This document shows positions 39,199 through 51,263 of a stretch of 64,000 bases of DNA, one piece after another. Position numbers and translations under genes: made by a program. This DNA is from Candidatus Poriferihabitaceae bacterium (GTDB lineage Bacteria > Pseudomonadota > Gammaproteobacteria > Arenicellales > Poriferihabitantaceae), in the NCBI GenBank assembly GCA_965223465.1, contig OZ245025.1:2253900-2317899 (forward strand), in the 5' to 3' direction. The first letter of the stretch is position 1. The number at the start of each line of letters is the position of its first letter. The notes under the pieces were generated by a model that saw nothing but the letters and a program-made list of their open reading frames with translations, was not told where the DNA came from and ran no database searches.

Positions 39199-39225
39199 TT
39201 AGCACTCGCTGAGCGAGAGTGCTAA
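39199..39225 (+). promoter_or_regulatory. CIRCE operator (HrcA binding site)
   Basis: TTAGCACTC-gctgagcga-GAGTGCTAA is a perfect match to the CIRCE consensus TTAGCACTC-N9-GAGTGCTAA. It lies 77 nt upstream of groES. Confidence 0.85.
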
Positions 39226-39301
39226 TTCGCTCGTAAGAAATACAAGCCTTAAACGGGCTTGTATATTTTTTTAAACCATTGAATAGATAGGAGTAAAGAG
39301 A

Positions 39302-39589
39302 ATGAATATTCGTCCTCTTCATGATCGAGTTGTCGTCAAACGTGTTGACGAAGAAACTACTAGCGCGGGTGGCATCGTACTGCCTGGCTCTGCCACCGAA
39401 AAGCCCATGCAAGGTGAAGTCCTCGCGGTTGGTAACGGCAAAATAAACGAAAACGGCGACGTACGCCCTTTGGACGTCAAGGTTGGAGATTCAGTACTAT
39501 TTGGTAAATTTTCCGGCACCGAAGTCAAAATTGACGGTGAGGAAGTACTCATTATGCGCGAAGATGACCTGATGGGTATCTTCGAGTAA
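39302..39589 (+). CDS. groES: Co-chaperonin GroES
   Basis: 95 aa; [31 protein letters not shown]. Confidence 0.97.
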   Translation: MNIRPLHDRVVVKRVDEETTSAGGIVLPGSATEKPMQGEVLAVGNGKINENGDVRPLDVKVGDSVLFGKFSGTEVKIDGEEVLIMREDDLMGIFE

Positions 39590-39617
39590 ACAACTTTAGA
39601 TTAATAACGACAGATAA

Positions 39618-41288
<1,671 letters not shown>

Positions 41289-41315
41289 CCCTCCCCCTTT
41301 AACGCTGTAAACAAA

Positions 41316-41348
41316 GCCCTCGACTATACGATAGTCGGGGGTTTTTTA
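41316..41348 (+). terminator. Rho-independent terminator after groEL
   Basis: CCCTCGACTAT-acg-ATAGTCGGGGG followed by TTTTTTATT. Confidence 0.8.
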
Positions 41349-41489
41349 TTAATAAACGGTATATTATTGCCGATAATGATTGATATCACTATATAACATA
41401 TGCTACCTTGTTGGGCTTAGGCAAATTAGTATCAATGAACACGCTTGGAAACCACTATAGCCGCTACATAAACCGCCCTATACATCAAT

Positions 41490-42164
41490 ATGAAATTAGT
41501 GATTACACTATTTTGTTTGTTATTTCTGCCAGTGCAGAGTACCTGGGCTGCCTGTGGCAACGATGAGGCGTGTTTGCACAATGTTATTCGTGATGCGTTG
41601 AGTTTTGGTCAGACTTTGACAAATTTGGGGCCCAATTTAAATCAGGCTTACGATTTTGGATTGCAAAACCGGCCCGCCAATCCCCTACCACCATTAAACA
41701 ATTCGAATAACTTACGCAGCTCAGCGGCGAGTCACGCAAGACAATGTACATTTAGTCATAGTGGTATCAGTGGGGTGGGAGAAAACCTGTTTGTTGGCAC
41801 TGGCAACGCCTGGACATTAATAAACGCGATTAATAGTTGGGCAGATGAGGCGAGATATTTATCTTACCCAAAGAATGCTGCGTCTGTCAGCTGCGCAGCT
41901 GGCAAAGTTTGCGGACACTATACGCAAATGATCTGGGAAACCACTACCAATGTTGGCTGCGCTGTGCAATATTGCGCGCATGGGATTAGCGGATTTAGCA
42001 ACACACCTTCAACTAACATCGTGTGTCAATATAGCCTCCCGGGTAACTACGTCAACCACATCGGTGGCCCCATTTTGGCCCCCTATGCAGGTTTGGGTGT
42101 TATCAGCACCGATTCAATCCAGGCCATCACGCAAATCATTCAGTTATTATTGCTTAGCGAGTAA
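41490..42164 (+). CDS. Secreted CAP/SCP/PR-1-like domain protein
   Basis: Signal peptide plus GENLF and GHYTQMIWETTTNVGCAV hallmark motifs. Confidence 0.75.
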   Translation: MKLVITLFCLLFLPVQSTWAACGNDEACLHNVIRDALSFGQTLTNLGPNLNQAYDFGLQNRPANPLPPLNNSNNLRSSAASHARQCTFSHSGISGVGENLFVGTGNAWTLINAINSWADEARYLSYPKNAASVSCAAGKVCGHYTQMIWETTTNVGCAVQYCAHGISGFSNTPSTNIVCQYSLPGNYVNHIGGPILAPYAGLGVISTDSIQAITQIIQLLLLSE

Positions 42165-42173
42165 ATCTGGCCC

Positions 42174-42857
42174 ATGAACGAAGTATGGCGGGCTTTTATG
42201 GAAGATTTCCAGGTGAATAATATTGCTACGCAAATTGGCAGCACCTTGAGTCAATCGGAACGCACTCGACTGCAAGGCTTGACTCGCACGCAGCGACAAA
42301 AACAATATCTGCTATCAAGAGCGATGATGCGCGTTGCGCTCTCGCATCATTACGACCTGCCCTTATCCCACTGGCAACTGCAAGAAGGCCCTGATGCACC
42401 TCCCTCATTAATGAATCCAGTCGATCAACCACTTTATCTTAGTTTGAGCCATAGTGCAGATTGCATTATGTTGGCGATTAGTGCGCAGCCAGTGGGCCTG
42501 GATGTTGAATATATGCGGGCCGACCGACCCTTTACCCAAATTGCGCGGCGCGTGTTTACCCCAGAGCAGCAAGAGTCCTTGACCCGTTTCGACAAAAAAG
42601 AGCGGATGAAATATTTTTATCGCTTATGGACTGAGAAAGAAGCGCTGGTAAAAATTGCTGACCCTAATACAATTATCAGTATGTATTCCACCACACCGTG
42701 GGCAACCCATGAATATTCCGGCTATCACACTTATTTTGATGATTTTTATGTCTCAATTTTAAGCTCACTGGATGTCCAGGTATTTAGCAGCTATGACCTA
42801 AATTCATTTGAGGGATACGAAAAAAACTATATATTTAGCAAATACCAGCAGCATTAA
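42174..42857 (+). CDS. 4'-phosphopantetheinyl transferase (Sfp/EntD type)
   Basis: LSLSHSADCIMLAIS, VGLDVE and WTEKEALVK motifs. Confidence 0.75.
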   Translation: MNEVWRAFMEDFQVNNIATQIGSTLSQSERTRLQGLTRTQRQKQYLLSRAMMRVALSHHYDLPLSHWQLQEGPDAPPSLMNPVDQPLYLSLSHSADCIMLAISAQPVGLDVEYMRADRPFTQIARRVFTPEQQESLTRFDKKERMKYFYRLWTEKEALVKIADPNTIISMYSTTPWATHEYSGYHTYFDDFYVSILSSLDVQVFSSYDLNSFEGYEKNYIFSKYQQH

Positions 42858-42913
42858 CGCCCCATTTAATGCAAACTTCCAGGCAATAAACATTAATAAG
42901 CTACGGATCGCTT

Positions 42914-44647
42914 TTGGATACCTTATCTGAATCTAAAAAAATCGCCGCAACTATCTTGCTCGGCTTTGACCACCACTTTACCCTGTTCAGCGCAGTCACC
43001 AAGGGGGCAAAACGACGCTTCGAACAAGCTAACTGGGAGGGCGATAACCAGGCACGCGTCGAACGCATTGCCTATTATGATATCCGGGTTCGCGAGGCGG
43101 TTCATGAGTTGCAGAAAAACTTTAGCCTTGAGCATCAAGATAGAGGCTTATGGCAACAAGTCAAGCTACAGTATATGGGTCTACTGTATGAACATCGACA
43201 GCCAGAGCTGGCCGAAAGTTTTTACAACTCTGTTTTTTGCCAGTTATTTCACCGCAGTTATTACGATAACTCGCACATTTTTGTACGTCCCGGTCTATCA
43301 ACCGATATTATTGATCTGCACACCCCGGCGTACCGCAGTTTTTATCCGCTTGAATGGGGCACCAAAAAAACCCTGAGAACTTTACTCTTACAGTTTCACC
43401 TAAAACTGGAGTGGGAAGATTTAGGGCGAGATGTAAAACGTTTATCCAAAGCGTTTAAACCTTTATTTAGCAGTCCACGCCAAACCAGTGATACCTGTCA
43501 GCTACAAATAATCACTACCTTGTTCTTTAGGAATAAGGCTGCGTATATCGTTGGCAGAACGCGCGTTGCAGGTCAAATCTCCGGCTTTGTGATTCCCTTA
43601 TTGCGCAATGATAATGATCAGCTCTATGTTGATACCCTGATTACCGATGATCGTTCTCTGGCCATTATATTCAGCTTCACCCGCGCGTATTTTATGGTCG
43701 ACAGTAAAGTGCCTTCAGCCCTGATCGGCTTTATGCACAGTATTTTACCGAGCAAGACCAAATCGGATCTTTACACCGCGATCGGTTTTCAGAAGCAAGG
43801 TAAGACATTGTTTTATAGAGATTTTCTTAGCCATCTGGCACATTCTTCTGATCAATTTATTATCGCGCCAGGAATTGAAGGAATGGTCATGAGCGTATTT
43901 ACGCTACCCTCATTTCCCTATGTATTCAAGGTAATCAAAGACAAATTCGACCAGCCCAAAAACATTACCCGTCAGCAGGTAAAAAACCAGTACCTGTACG
44001 TTAAGACGCATGATCGCGTGGGGCGCATGGCCGACACGCTCGAATTCTCCCACGTTGCATTTCCCATAGAACGTGTTTCAGCAGAGCTCCTAGACAAATT
44101 AAAGCAAGACATTAGCGACAGCCTAACCATTGAAGATGATCAAATCATTATTCGCCATTTGTATATCGAACGGCGCATGATCCCACTGAACCTATACCTT
44201 GCAGAAGCAGATGATGCGTCGATAGAGCACGCCATCAAGGAATACGGCAATACCATCAAAGAACTCATCAAAGCGAATATTTTCCCGGGTGATATGCTGC
44301 TTAAAAACTTTGGAGTCACCCGTCAAAACCGGGTTGTTTTTTATGATTATGATGAAATTGTGCCAATGAAATCCGTTCGAGTGCGGGCGATCCCACCTGC
44401 TCGAACACCGGAACAGGAAATGGCCACCGAACCCTGGTATCGGGTAGAAGAAAATGATTTCTTTCCCGAACAGTTCGAACGTTTTGTCGCCAGTGCGCCC
44501 AAAATTAGAACGCTGTTTGTCAAGCATCATGCTGATTTACTTGATCCTGAATACTGGCAAGGGGTGGTTAGGAATCTAGAGAAAGGGGTGCGTGCAGATG
44601 TCTATCCTTATCCGCAGAATGTAAGGTTTAAACGTAATTCGACGTAA
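42914..44647 (+). CDS. aceK: Isocitrate dehydrogenase kinase/phosphatase
   Basis: 577 aa. AATILLGFDHHFTLF...AKRRFEQANW at the N-terminus and ANIFPGDMLLKNFGVTRQNRVVFYDYDE at the C-terminus. Non-ATG start. Confidence 0.9.
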   Translation: MDTLSESKKIAATILLGFDHHFTLFSAVTKGAKRRFEQANWEGDNQARVERIAYYDIRVREAVHELQKNFSLEHQDRGLWQQVKLQYMGLLYEHRQPELAESFYNSVFCQLFHRSYYDNSHIFVRPGLSTDIIDLHTPAYRSFYPLEWGTKKTLRTLLLQFHLKLEWEDLGRDVKRLSKAFKPLFSSPRQTSDTCQLQIITTLFFRNKAAYIVGRTRVAGQISGFVIPLLRNDNDQLYVDTLITDDRSLAIIFSFTRAYFMVDSKVPSALIGFMHSILPSKTKSDLYTAIGFQKQGKTLFYRDFLSHLAHSSDQFIIAPGIEGMVMSVFTLPSFPYVFKVIKDKFDQPKNITRQQVKNQYLYVKTHDRVGRMADTLEFSHVAFPIERVSAELLDKLKQDISDSLTIEDDQIIIRHLYIERRMIPLNLYLAEADDASIEHAIKEYGNTIKELIKANIFPGDMLLKNFGVTRQNRVVFYDYDEIVPMKSVRVRAIPPARTPEQEMATEPWYRVEENDFFPEQFERFVASAPKIRTLFVKHHADLLDPEYWQGVVRNLEKGVRADVYPYPQNVRFKRNST

Positions 44648-44675
44648 TTCAACCAAAGTAAATGAGTGGTTAATT

Positions 44676-45065
44676 TCAGTTTGCCCATCGCGTATTATTC
44701 CTATAGTCTAGGCTAAACCCACCCGCGCCATGGACCGCGAGTAACAACAATCCCCCTGCCATGGCTACATTTTTCATAAATAGCATCACCTGTATCTGGT
44801 CACCAAAATCCACATGGAACAATAATGCAGTGAGCACGGTAAAACTCCCCAAGGCCACCGCCGCTAACCGGGTATGCCAACCAATAATAATCAGAATCGG
44901 CAGCCCCAATTCAGCAACGATCACAAAGGGGAGCAACCAATCCGCCACGCCGGATAGTTCCATAAAACGCGCGGTTTCTTGATAGGCCAGGATTTTAGTC
45001 GTACCCGCCATTAGAAATATGGCGGACAATAAAATGCGACTCACAAGTTCTAGCACGTTTTGCAT
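44676..45065 (-). CDS. DoxX family membrane protein
   Basis: 129 aa with four TM segments; RILLSAIFLMAGTTKI pattern. Confidence 0.7.
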   Translation of the reverse strand: MQNVLELVSRILLSAIFLMAGTTKILAYQETARFMELSGVADWLLPFVIVAELGLPILIIIGWHTRLAAVALGSFTVLTALLFHVDFGDQIQVMLFMKNVAMAGGLLLLAVHGAGGFSLDYRNNTRWAN

Positions 45066-45196
45066 AGTTGGCAGTCGGATTACAACCGCATTTAAAAAAC
45101 CCAGATCTTCTCATTAGTGTACAAGTATAACGATAAGTTCATTGTGCCAAGGTTTAACAATTGTAGTTATTCGCCCTAGCAATTAAGATCGCGCCC

Positions 45197-45829
45197 ATGA
45201 AACATCGTTTTGCCATCACTATGCTGGCCATCTATCTGGTGGTTTTTGTACTCATGGCGGTAAATCCCTATGATCGCGCTACCTGGTGGGCAGAAAATCT
45301 GCCGGTGATGATCACGGTTGGGTTACTGCTTGTCACCTACCCGTGGTTTCAGTTTTCCAATATTGCATACGCACTGATGACCTTATTTCTGTGCTATCAC
45401 ACCGTTGGGGGGCATTACACCTTTGCCTTGACTCCGTTCGAATGGGGTAACCGTCTGCTTAGCTGGTTAAATATGGAGTTTCTTTTTCCCGATGGGCGCA
45501 ATAATTTTGATCGCCTCGGTCACTTTTTGGTGGGTGTGTTCGCATACCCAGTCGCTGAACTGGCCTATCGAAAAAAATGGGTAAGCAGCACCATCATGGC
45601 AGCGGTACTGGGTATTTTTGCCCTGGGGTTTTGGGGCGCTGCCTACGAGGTTATCGAAATGGCTTTTGCGGTTATTTATGGTGGAGATTCAGGTGCGGCG
45701 TTTTTGGGCTCACAAGGTGATGAATGGGACGCCCAAAAAGATATGCTGATAGATATTCTTGGTGCAATCGTGACCGCCTTGTTGTTCTTAACGGTATGGG
45801 CCAATAAATATCCAGATGACCGATACTGA
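45197..45829 (+). CDS. DUF2238 (YjdF-like) membrane protein
   Basis: 210 aa, multi-TM; FLCYHTVGGHYTF and FDRLGHFLVG motifs. Confidence 0.6.
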   Translation: MKHRFAITMLAIYLVVFVLMAVNPYDRATWWAENLPVMITVGLLLVTYPWFQFSNIAYALMTLFLCYHTVGGHYTFALTPFEWGNRLLSWLNMEFLFPDGRNNFDRLGHFLVGVFAYPVAELAYRKKWVSSTIMAAVLGIFALGFWGAAYEVIEMAFAVIYGGDSGAAFLGSQGDEWDAQKDMLIDILGAIVTALLFLTVWANKYPDDRY

Positions 45830-45872
45830 TGCGGCGCACCAGTGCGCCGCATCTAATTACGCCCAATAAGTT

Positions 45873-46844
45873 TTATAAATGTAAATCCACATCTGCGTAA
45901 CTGACCGGCGCATCTTCACTGACCGCCTCTTTAAACAGCGTAAGGTTGGTTACAACCAGATTCTTTTTGGTTTTTGATACGACCGCACTCAGTGCTTGTA
46001 TATCCTGTTCTTCTGTGCTGGATTCATCCTTTGCGCGCCAAATAAGCTCCGCTTTTTTATTATACTTCGTAATCTTTGATTCACTTGGATGGCCATATTT
46101 TTCCACTAAAAGTTGTTGGACATTGTCAGAATCAGTATTGACTACCTGCACCAATTCCAGGCGATCAAGCCGCGCAATGCGCTTGTCGCTAAACCAAGCT
46201 TTCAGGCATTTCCAGTTTGGCTTAGCCGCATAAACATATCGACTTGCATCAAAATTGGAAGGACAACCACCTGCTCGCATGGTCATCAATCCCTGATCCG
46301 CATCGTATTGAGGAACCACCTTAAACGTATCGGTCACTATTTTAGACACCTCAGCAACCGTCATACCCAATTCCAAATCCGTGACCGTTAACTTGTCGCT
46401 CAATACGTTGGTATCATACTGCGTTGTGCGCCAGTTATCGTTGTATCTTGCGCTGTCGTAGGGTGCTATCTGCCCAAGTGTATCTGATACGATGGGCTTC
46501 ACTAGCCAATTATTTCGTTGTGTCAAATTCCCCTGATATACGGTTTCACGCAAGCCTCTAACCATGCCGATGATATTAATTTCAGATAGCTGCGGACACT
46601 CATAATTAAGCATCGCGCGTACGGTGTCGCCGACCACCTGCAACTGCGTTGAACCTGGTTCGTAGATCTCCGGTCGCGAGGTATCTATAGTGATGTCAGC
46701 AGCGCGGTAACAATCCAGCGCCCCATTTAAACTCACTGTTTGATCACCATCGCTGATTAAAATGCGCTCTGCCCACGTGTTTGCAACGAATAAACAGTTT
46801 GCCAATAGCGCAGTGAACAATAATTTGTAGTTTAGCTTTTTCAT
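45873..46844 (-). CDS. Secreted hypothetical protein
   Basis: 323 aa with a signal peptide (LLANCLFVANTWA). I recognise no family. Confidence 0.5.
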   Translation of the reverse strand: MKKLNYKLLFTALLANCLFVANTWAERILISDGDQTVSLNGALDCYRAADITIDTSRPEIYEPGSTQLQVVGDTVRAMLNYECPQLSEINIIGMVRGLRETVYQGNLTQRNNWLVKPIVSDTLGQIAPYDSARYNDNWRTTQYDTNVLSDKLTVTDLELGMTVAEVSKIVTDTFKVVPQYDADQGLMTMRAGGCPSNFDASRYVYAAKPNWKCLKAWFSDKRIARLDRLELVQVVNTDSDNVQQLLVEKYGHPSESKITKYNKKAELIWRAKDESSTEEQDIQALSAVVSKTKKNLVVTNLTLFKEAVSEDAPVSYADVDLHL

Positions 46845-47644
46845 TAGATCCTCACCCAGTTACCGTTGGCTTGCTGACAGGCTTTGAACTGGTGAGATTC
46901 ACTGCTCCCACCGCGCAGACTTACCTTCTGCGTAATCATGCGACAATTCGACGCTTGCGTAACATAGCGGCCGGGCTGCGCGCCAAATGATGCGTCGCGT
47001 ATTGCATTGGCCTGTGCGGATTGATTGCTGTCATAACGCATCAATGGTGCGTATAAAAACCCTGATGCCTTGCCCTGCTCAGCGATCAGAAACCAATTGC
47101 TGTCGATGACTTTACCCACGACCGGAACCGATTTGCCCTGCGCGATACTGTGTAACACCGCGTACTCTGTGCCTGGCCCGCCACGAACATTGATATCCGT
47201 GGTGGGGGTATAAAAGGCATTCACCAACTCAATGGGTGGTAAGCGATCCAACGCAGGCTTTAAATGACTGCGTGAAGGTGGCGTATAATCTCTAACCGAT
47301 ACCTGGGTACGGGTGCCGGTATCCGGATTACGCCAGGTCGTCGGCTGGCCTGAATATATCGCCCTAGAAGTCGCTTGATTGATCCCAGCACGATCGATTT
47401 GCGTAAGCCGCCGGCCGATTTTTCCACCCGCCCAATAACCCGCGAGTGTACCCGCTGCAATCGCCGCGGTTCGACCACTACCCCCTCCAACTTTAGAACC
47501 GATAATGGCGCCGGTAATTGCCCCCAAGCCTTTGCTGACGTTTTCTTTATTTAACTCCGGCCAGTTCTGCGCCTGCACAGGCGTCGCCGAAATCCCCAAA
47601 ATTGTTAATCCTGTAAATATATATTTTTTAACCATCGCGTTCAC
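46844..47644 (-). CDS. Exported protein with a glycine-zipper (17-kDa-antigen-like) segment and a bacterial SH3 domain
   Basis: GAITGAIIGSKVGGGSGRTAAIAAGTLAGYWAGGKIG is the glycine zipper. INVRGGPGTEYAVLHSIAQGKSVPVVGKV..NWFLI is SH3b-like. Confidence 0.6.
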   Translation of the reverse strand: MNAMVKKYIFTGLTILGISATPVQAQNWPELNKENVSKGLGAITGAIIGSKVGGGSGRTAAIAAGTLAGYWAGGKIGRRLTQIDRAGINQATSRAIYSGQPTTWRNPDTGTRTQVSVRDYTPPSRSHLKPALDRLPPIELVNAFYTPTTDINVRGGPGTEYAVLHSIAQGKSVPVVGKVIDSNWFLIAEQGKASGFLYAPLMRYDSNQSAQANAIRDASFGAQPGRYVTQASNCRMITQKVSLRGGSSESHQFKACQQANGNWVRI

Positions 47645-47781
47645 CTTTCTACGTTTGAAAATGGTAAACGCATTCTAGATTGGGGTAAGTGAACGTAATT
47701 TGAATTTTAACCAAACACTTGCTGAACAACTGCTCTCGTTCAGGTTAGCATCAAGTTTTATGCGACCTCCAGAAGATTTTG

Positions 47782-48672
47782 TTAAAGACCACGTTGCCAC
47801 TCCGGCCTCAGTGTGGCCGCTTCGGGTCGATAAATTGCCTGATCAACCTGCGCCAGCAATCTTTCTTTATCTTTGTTCAAAACGCCCTTAAGCACCAGGT
47901 AATTCGAAGCGTGATCGCTTCGGAAAATGGTTTTACGTAAGTCAAGATGTTGTAGAAATAACCTGATTTCCTTAAACAAATGCGCCTGGTCTAGCGCCAC
48001 AAACTCACCCTCATACCCTTGTTGTACGCGCTGCTCGCCGTAAGGTAAGGAAACCACCAGAGTGGCCAGGTATTCGGGCTGGGCCAGATTCATTAACTTG
48101 GCACTGTTAATCGCATGTTGCGCTGAATACTTCTGCCCACCCATGCCATTTAAAATCATAATCGAGCTTTTAATGCCGGCTTGTTTTATTTTATCCAGCG
48201 ATTCATAAGAGCTGGCGAAAGTCTCGCCTTTTTCGATTTTTTGTAGTACTTCATCATCCCCACTTTCACAACCAACATAAAGTAATTCCAGACCAAGCGC
48301 TTTAAGGCTGGCTAACTGCTCAACACTTTTGTTTTTAAGGTTGCGAGGCAAACAGTAAGCCGAGACCCGCTGTATTGTAGGCAATGCTGCCTGAATGGCC
48401 TCAAGAATGGCGCGTAGGCGCCGATAAGATAAAGCCATCGCATCACCATCGGCGAGAAATATACGCCTTACGGGATAACCCATTTTTACCACCGCCTGAA
48501 GTTCGCGCTCAATCTCATCCTGCGCCTTAGGCTTAAAGCGCTTTTGTGGCGCGGTATACATATCGCAGAAAGTACACCGATTCCAGGAGCAGCCATTGGT
48601 GACTTGCAGGATCAGTGAATTGACTTCACTCGGCGGCCTGAAAACCGGCTCAATGTAATCCAGTGGGTACAC
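47782..48672 (-). CDS. Radical SAM protein, function unknown
   Basis: 296 aa; the motif CSWNRCTFC lies near the N-terminus. Confidence 0.7.
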   Translation of the reverse strand: MYPLDYIEPVFRPPSEVNSLILQVTNGCSWNRCTFCDMYTAPQKRFKPKAQDEIERELQAVVKMGYPVRRIFLADGDAMALSYRRLRAILEAIQAALPTIQRVSAYCLPRNLKNKSVEQLASLKALGLELLYVGCESGDDEVLQKIEKGETFASSYESLDKIKQAGIKSSIMILNGMGGQKYSAQHAINSAKLMNLAQPEYLATLVVSLPYGEQRVQQGYEGEFVALDQAHLFKEIRLFLQHLDLRKTIFRSDHASNYLVLKGVLNKDKERLLAQVDQAIYRPEAATLRPEWQRGL

Positions 48673-48702
48673 GCTATCTGCGGAACTAGCTTGGTTGGAG
48701 AA

Positions 48703-49971
48703 TTATGCCTTAAACGCCTGTTCAAGGTCTGCCAGGATATCATCAATATGCTCGATGCCAATACAAAGACGCAGCATTTCCGGGGTCACGCCGGCGGTGG
48801 CCTGTTCCTGTTCATTCAACTGCCGATGCGTGGTGGACGCAGGATGGCAAGCCAAAGTCTTGGTATCACCAATATTCACCAGTCGTTTAATCATTTGTAG
48901 TGCGTCATAAAACTTCACGCCTGCATCAAACCCACCTTTGATGCCAAAGGTCAGCAAGGACGCGGGGGCACCACCCATATATTTTTGCGCCAAATCGTAA
49001 TACTGATCACCTTCTAGCCCCGCATAATTAACCCACTCTACCTGGGAGTGATTCTGCAAATATTGCGCGACTGCAAGCGCATTTTCGCAATGTCGCTCCA
49101 TTCTCAAGGTTAACGTTTCAATCCCTTGGAGCAGCATAAATGCGCTCATGGGCGAAAGCGCCGAACCGGTATTACGCAAAGGTACGGTACGCGCCCTGGC
49201 GATAAAGGCCGCAGCCTCAAATGCCTCGGTATAAACCACATCATGATAGGCCGGCTCCGGTTGGGTCAATGTAGGAAAACGCTCAGTGTGGTCTGCCCAG
49301 GGGAAGGCACCAGAATCGACAATAATGCCACCTAGGGTCGTACCATGACCACCCATATACTTGGTTAGCGAATGCACCACAATATCCGCGCCATATTCAA
49401 TCGGCTTAAGCAGGGCGGGCGTCGCGACGGTATTATCGACAATCAACGGCACGTGATGCTGATGCGCCATATCTGCAAGTGACTCAATATCTGCGATATT
49501 GCCCGCGGGATTCCCAATGGATTCACAATAAACTGCCTTGGTATTTTCATCGATCAATTTTGCCAGGTCTGCGGCGCTATCACTTTCTGCAAAGCGCACC
49601 TCTATACCTTGCTTGGGGAGCATGTGGGCTAATAAGGTATACGTTCCACCATATAGCTGGGGTGTACTGACGATATTATCACCCGCTTGCGCGATGGTCA
49701 GAATGGCATAATTTATCGCCGCGCTGCCCGCTGAGGTCGCCAACGCAGCAATTCCCCCTTCCAGCGCTGCGACTCTTTTTTCTAGCACATCCCAGGTGGG
49801 ATTCATGATACGCGTATAAATATTCCCAGGCACCGCCAGATCGAATAAATCCGCACCGTGTTGTGCGTTGTCAAACTCATACGCTACCGTTTGATAAATC
49901 GGTACTGCACAAGATTTCGTGGTCTGATCGGTTTCGTAACCTTCGTGCACACAAATAGTCTCAATTTTCAT
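48703..49971 (-). CDS. metY: O-acetylhomoserine sulfhydrylase (PLP-dependent, MetY type)
   Basis: 422 aa; HSLTKYMGGHGTTLGGIIVD contains the PLP lysine. Confidence 0.88.
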   Translation of the reverse strand: MKIETICVHEGYETDQTTKSCAVPIYQTVAYEFDNAQHGADLFDLAVPGNIYTRIMNPTWDVLEKRVAALEGGIAALATSAGSAAINYAILTIAQAGDNIVSTPQLYGGTYTLLAHMLPKQGIEVRFAESDSAADLAKLIDENTKAVYCESIGNPAGNIADIESLADMAHQHHVPLIVDNTVATPALLKPIEYGADIVVHSLTKYMGGHGTTLGGIIVDSGAFPWADHTERFPTLTQPEPAYHDVVYTEAFEAAAFIARARTVPLRNTGSALSPMSAFMLLQGIETLTLRMERHCENALAVAQYLQNHSQVEWVNYAGLEGDQYYDLAQKYMGGAPASLLTFGIKGGFDAGVKFYDALQMIKRLVNIGDTKTLACHPASTTHRQLNEQEQATAGVTPEMLRLCIGIEHIDDILADLEQAFKA

Positions 49972-50102
49972 GGAACTCCTCTTAAGTGATTTTTATAGAT
50001 TGTTCTGGCTTACCACCAGCGCTGCCTTTATACGCGATATTATTGCATAATTTGAAAATTGAACGCAGCCAAGGATACGGTCAAATTGTCAGGTTTTTGC
50101 TG

Positions 50103-51263
50103 TTAGTCTTCAAGTAACGTTCCCGCCGGATTCGGCATAGATTGCTTACCGGCGATGCGCGCCAGTACCTGCCCGGGCCGGGCGAGACGATCCAGACGCC
50201 GCGCAAACATAATACCTGCGACCGACGCCTTAAGCTCAATGCGGGATTGCTTAGTATCATACTGCGTGATGTCAAATACCACACAAATCACATCGCCAGG
50301 ATTAACCCACGCTCCTGGCTGTTTTTTATAGCTGACCACGCCTGCGATCGGTGCGGTAATTTTCTCGACGCCATCTAAGGGGGTGGCTTCTATGCTTAGC
50401 TTTGCTGGCGTGGGTGGCTCGCCAAGTAGTAGTCCACATGACTGTAAATAGTAGAATAGATTTTGTGCGTCTGTGTGGGCTTGCTGTTCATTTGTATCTG
50501 TTTTGCCACGTAGTTCTATTGTCGCAGCCTGACAAGCATTACCAATTGGCTTATCTGGAAAGCGCTCTGCCAATGCCCACCAGAGCCCACTTAAGGCTTC
50601 ATCAAATGGGTTACCACCCGAGACTTTTTCCAGTAGCACGGCTTCGGCACGCATATAGGCTGCCAGATTTTTCATGCCTGACCATAAAGGGGTACCCATA
50701 TAAATATGCATGACGGACTGCCAGTCACAATGCAGGTCTAGCACAATATCGGCATCAATAGCGTTGGTGAGCAACGTGTTTTTAAGAAAGCCTGCTTCAT
50801 CTCGCGGGCGCTTCTTTTTAATCAACTTTTTAGCCGATTGACGAATAAGTTGGGTATTTAGTTGCGCGTCTTTGCATAACTTGTTGGCGACCCGCTCCGC
50901 GACTTGATCTGCCAACTCAGGATATTGACGGTTAAAATTAATCCCGCTTGATTGTTCGTAGCGCCCGGCCAGCTCTCCGAACAAATGCTGCGCCAGCCCA
51001 ATCGGGTTGGCAATCGGTACGAGTACAATATGCCCCGCAATTTCACCCGCTTGATCCGCCGCATCGAGCAACTGAATCAATTGATGCATGACCAGCAGTC
51101 CCGGTATTTCATCGGCGTGCAATGCCGCCTGCAAATAGGCTTTGGGGCCGTGATCAACTACCCCATAGTGGAGGATATCGAGCGACCGTTGGGTACCCGG
51201 GCTGGCACTGGGCAGCGAGATTTTCTCCACCCTTCGCGTATTTTTCTGAGATAAATCTGGCAT
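50103..51263 (-). CDS. Succinylglutamate desuccinylase/aspartoacylase family zinc hydrolase
   Basis: 386 aa; AALHADEIPG and DLHCD motifs of the AstE/AspA family. Confidence 0.7.
   Translation of the reverse strand: MPDLSQKNTRRVEKISLPSASPGTQRSLDILHYGVVDHGPKAYLQAALHADEIPGLLVMHQLIQLLDAADQAGEIAGHIVLVPIANPIGLAQHLFGELAGRYEQSSGINFNRQYPELADQVAERVANKLCKDAQLNTQLIRQSAKKLIKKKRPRDEAGFLKNTLLTNAIDADIVLDLHCDWQSVMHIYMGTPLWSGMKNLAAYMRAEAVLLEKVSGGNPFDEALSGLWWALAERFPDKPIGNACQAATIELRGKTDTNEQQAHTDAQNLFYYLQSCGLLLGEPPTPAKLSIEATPLDGVEKITAPIAGVVSYKKQPGAWVNPGDVICVVFDITQYDTKQSRIELKASVAGIMFARRLDRLARPGQVLARIAGKQSMPNPAGTLLED

Noticed and set aside
49972-50102. Possible SAM-type riboswitch in the 130-nt leader of metY
   Set aside because: I could not recognise SAM-II or SAM/SAH pseudoknot consensus elements by eye. 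Only an Rfam scan could revive this.
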